This document shows positions 37,104-40,089 of a DNA stretch of 40,089 nt, one piece after another. A program made the translations under genes and the position numbers. This stretch comes from Rotaria socialis (lineage: Eukaryota), in the NCBI GenBank assembly GCA_905331295.1, contig CAJNYD010000141.1, positions 1 through 40,089 on the forward strand, given 5' to 3'. How positions within the stretch are numbered: position 1 is the first letter of the stretch; each line of letters begins with the position of its first letter. Below the pieces are notes generated by a model that did not search any database, was not told the origin of the DNA, and saw only the letters and a list, made by a program, of their open reading frames with translations.

Positions 37104-39659
37104 ATGATCTATTATCTAGTCATTACTTTGATTCTATTAGGATCATATACAGTATTAACATATAATAATCTATTGACGAATTTTGAAGAAAATCTTCTCC
37201 ATGCACATATTAAAACCAAAACTGATTTGGATTTATTTTATCGAAGATTCATTGAATCAAATAGTATAGACGATTTGAAAGTTGTACAAAATATTCAGCA
37301 TGACAATAATATTCGAGATTTAAATATAAAACATAAAGTAAATATTCAAGTGTTTCTTTTTCATTTGATGAAATTAACTCGAAAGATTCCATAGAAAATC
37401 TTTGTTCGATAAAACAATTTAATTTGTTTTATTTTTAATATTTAGCCAGTCGATTGTATTTCAGCTTAGTAAATTTATTTTTGCTTTACTTTGAATGATG
37501 GGCTTCATGTGATTCCTATTTTACATTTCGAAAGAGATAGAAACGTTTTCTTGACTACGACTTTAGTAAATCCAACGGACAACACAACGAAAAACACAAG
37601 GAGAGCTTAGCACCTAGAAGTGGAAGAAAAAAAGGCGGTACCGCTTCGAATATTCTTGCCAACACAGTAAAAATATTTGATTTGTACGATTAGAAAAGAG
37701 AAAACGGAAATAAAAGACTAACCGGTATTTCTCATAAAAAAAATGTGATTTGCTGCTTTTCAAAGCTTCGACTCTAACTAATCCACCTGAAAGCTAAATA
37801 ATAATATCTGCGTACGTATCATTTCCAGTGTTTACCCTCACTCAATGATTTGTTCAATGCCTTCAATATACAATCAGATAGTATAAATGATAATTTAACT
37901 CTCACGGATATTCGACGATTATCGCCTGCGTTAGTTTATGCCAAACTTAATTCCGACTGTCAAGAAGCACACGGACAGGCAACATGGAAAAGTACGCAGC
38001 GAATTGCTTTGTTTTACTATAATTATTTAATTTAAAATTTTAGATATTCTAATCGGCTTTATTGCTGTTACTTTCATCAATTGTTCAGCGTTGACTGGTG
38101 CGATTATTTTGCCATTCCGAAAAAAGCCGGCTTTCAAATGGATTCTTAGTACTTTTATTGGTTTAGGTACAAAGAAATATCTAATTATTTACATATGAGT
38201 TTGAGACTTTTTTCTTTCTAGCTGTTGGCACGTTAACAGGATCAGGAATATTTCATTTAATTCCGATGGTTGTGCTCATTGACATGCATATTTTCAATAA
38301 GACAAAAATAATTTTTATTTTCTTATTAAGGCATTTAACATTCCAAAACTTGATACTTATCATAGTTATCTGAACAAAGCTCTTTTTACAATGATTGCTA
38401 TTTATACATTCTACATACGTGATCAATTATCGAGAATTTTCTTAAATGTTGAGACAGTCTGTATATGTTTTCATTGAATCTATTGTATTCTTGAGTTTTA
38501 TTTCCATATATTTAGATAATATGTACACATGGTCATGGAGATGATGATCTATCAGTAAATATTCTAAATCATTAACTTAGTTGAAACAATATTCTTTTTC
38601 ATTTTAATTTGTGTTCTAGTTACAATCAAATGATCCAACTGAATCTATTCCTTCGAGTTCTCAAAAATCGACTGATAAAAGTTCTAAAGTATGTCGTAAA
38701 CAACTCAGAACAGGATGCATCTCGATTCCAATTGATGACGTGTATAGACAAAAATTCTTTTTCGTGCATTCCATTGAAGAGACTTCGAAAAATATTTTAG
38801 TATGATGCGAAGAGGCTTCTAGTTGGGTTGAGTTTTAATATTGATTGACGTACGAAAATATGAGCTAGGTATCATTTTAGTTTTGAATATATAGGAATAG
38901 GAAGTTTTTTTCTTGTTTATTTTTAAAATCGTCTTAAATACTATTGATTTATCATAAAGTAAAACTTCGTTTTGTTTTAGGTCGTCTCTCTAAATAAACA
39001 TGTCGATAATTTAATAGAGAATTTAAAAGCAATGAAAGCAGCTGGCTGGATGATTTTCATTGGTGATATGTTACATAATTTTATTGATGGTCTTACATTA
39101 GGAGCTGCTTTTATGGTATCGATTGGTGAAGGTCTTCGAATGTCTTTACCAATAGCTTGTGAAGAATTTCCACATGAACTTGGCGATCTTGCTGTTCTAC
39201 TAAGTAGTGGATTAACAATTGGACAAGCAATTTTAGTTAATTTTCTAGCAGCTTGCAGCTGCTATCTTGGATTCTTTGTTGGTGCAAAATTAGGTTTGTT
39301 GACAATGAAATTTTGCTTTTCTAATAAATAATTTTAGGAGAATTAGAAGAATTTCATCCATGGATATATGCTTTAGCTGGCGGAATGTTTGTCTATATTG
39401 GACTAGCAGATATGGTTAGACGACTTCGATATTGTGTTTCTTTTTGAATGAGAAGATTTTTTCTTTCTTATAGATACCGGAGCTTGTTTCAATGGGTGAT
39501 GAAATAGAAAAAGATTATATCGATTCAAAACAATCAGTAACTATTCTTTTAAAAGTTAAAATTTTATTATTTCAAAACAGTGGAGTTATTCTTGGCGTTA
39601 CCATTATGTTTCTACTTGCAAAATATGGTAAACATTTAGAAAATTTCATCAGCTTCTAG
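37104..39659 (+). CDS. SLC39A14: LIV-1 ZIP metal transporter, ZIP8/ZIP14-like; exons 37104-37337, 37829-37991, 38044-38166, 38222-38268, 38331-38456, 38516-38554, 38620-38688, 38981-39293, 39338-39414, 39474-39659
   Basis: SPALVY...C, GLAVGTLTGSGIFHLIP, GDMLHNFIDGL, CEEFPHELGD (EEXPHE variant typical of ZIP8/14), GMFVYIGLADMIPE. The symbol marks the subfamily, not proven orthology. Confidence 0.9.
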
Positions 39660-40089
39660 AATGAAAAAATAACAATTTTTCGTCTACTGCTCAGTTGCTT
39701 TTTAATTAGCGGAAAAAGAAATGATCTCTGAATGTTTTTTTTAAAATTATTATTTGTTTTCGATGGTCATTTATTATACATTTAATTTCGTATAATTTTT
39801 GAATATAACAAAATAAACAATGTTGACTAACACAACACAGTAGATTTTATGTCATCAATAGAAAACTATTTGGATGTAAGTGTGGATGAATAAGGATGCA
39901 GTTTCTTCTATTGACCGCCACAATCATAACCTTAAGACACAATAAAACAAAAAAAAAAGAAAAGAATAAACCCAAGCAGAAGCATAATTGGCAAGTTATG
40001 ATGAGTTTTTTTGAAAAAAATTGTATTTTCTATTTATCAAGGATCAATTTAATTAACATACCGGTACATTTCGATAGTTCATACTATTC

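Overview
AT-rich eukaryotic (animal) genomic DNA with very short GT-AG introns (mostly 50-70 bp) and tightly packed genes. This style suggests a bdelloid rotifer (inference only). From left to right: a decayed pogo-type DD35D transposon; several MITEs (CMC/EnSpm-like, hAT-like); two tandem divergent actins with CArG/TATA promoters; a minus-strand YIPF1/2-OLA1-YIPF5 cluster; a putative ciliary microtubule-inner protein; an otopetrin proton channel; a tail-anchored RING protein; about 6 kb of repeat-containing intergenic DNA; a PKA catalytic subunit; DPH7; YIPF6; and a tandem pair of LIV-1/ZIP transporters. The most notable signals are four. (1) Operon-like junctions where a polyA signal is closely followed by a splice acceptor right at the next ATG, suggesting SL trans-spliced polycistrons. 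(2) A ZIP paralog that has lost its transport-site metal ligands, next to an intact ZIP8/14-type gene. (3) A gene-conversion tract between the two actins. (4) Three different Yip1-domain subfamilies within about 22 kb. Exon boundaries were read by eye and no database searches were run.
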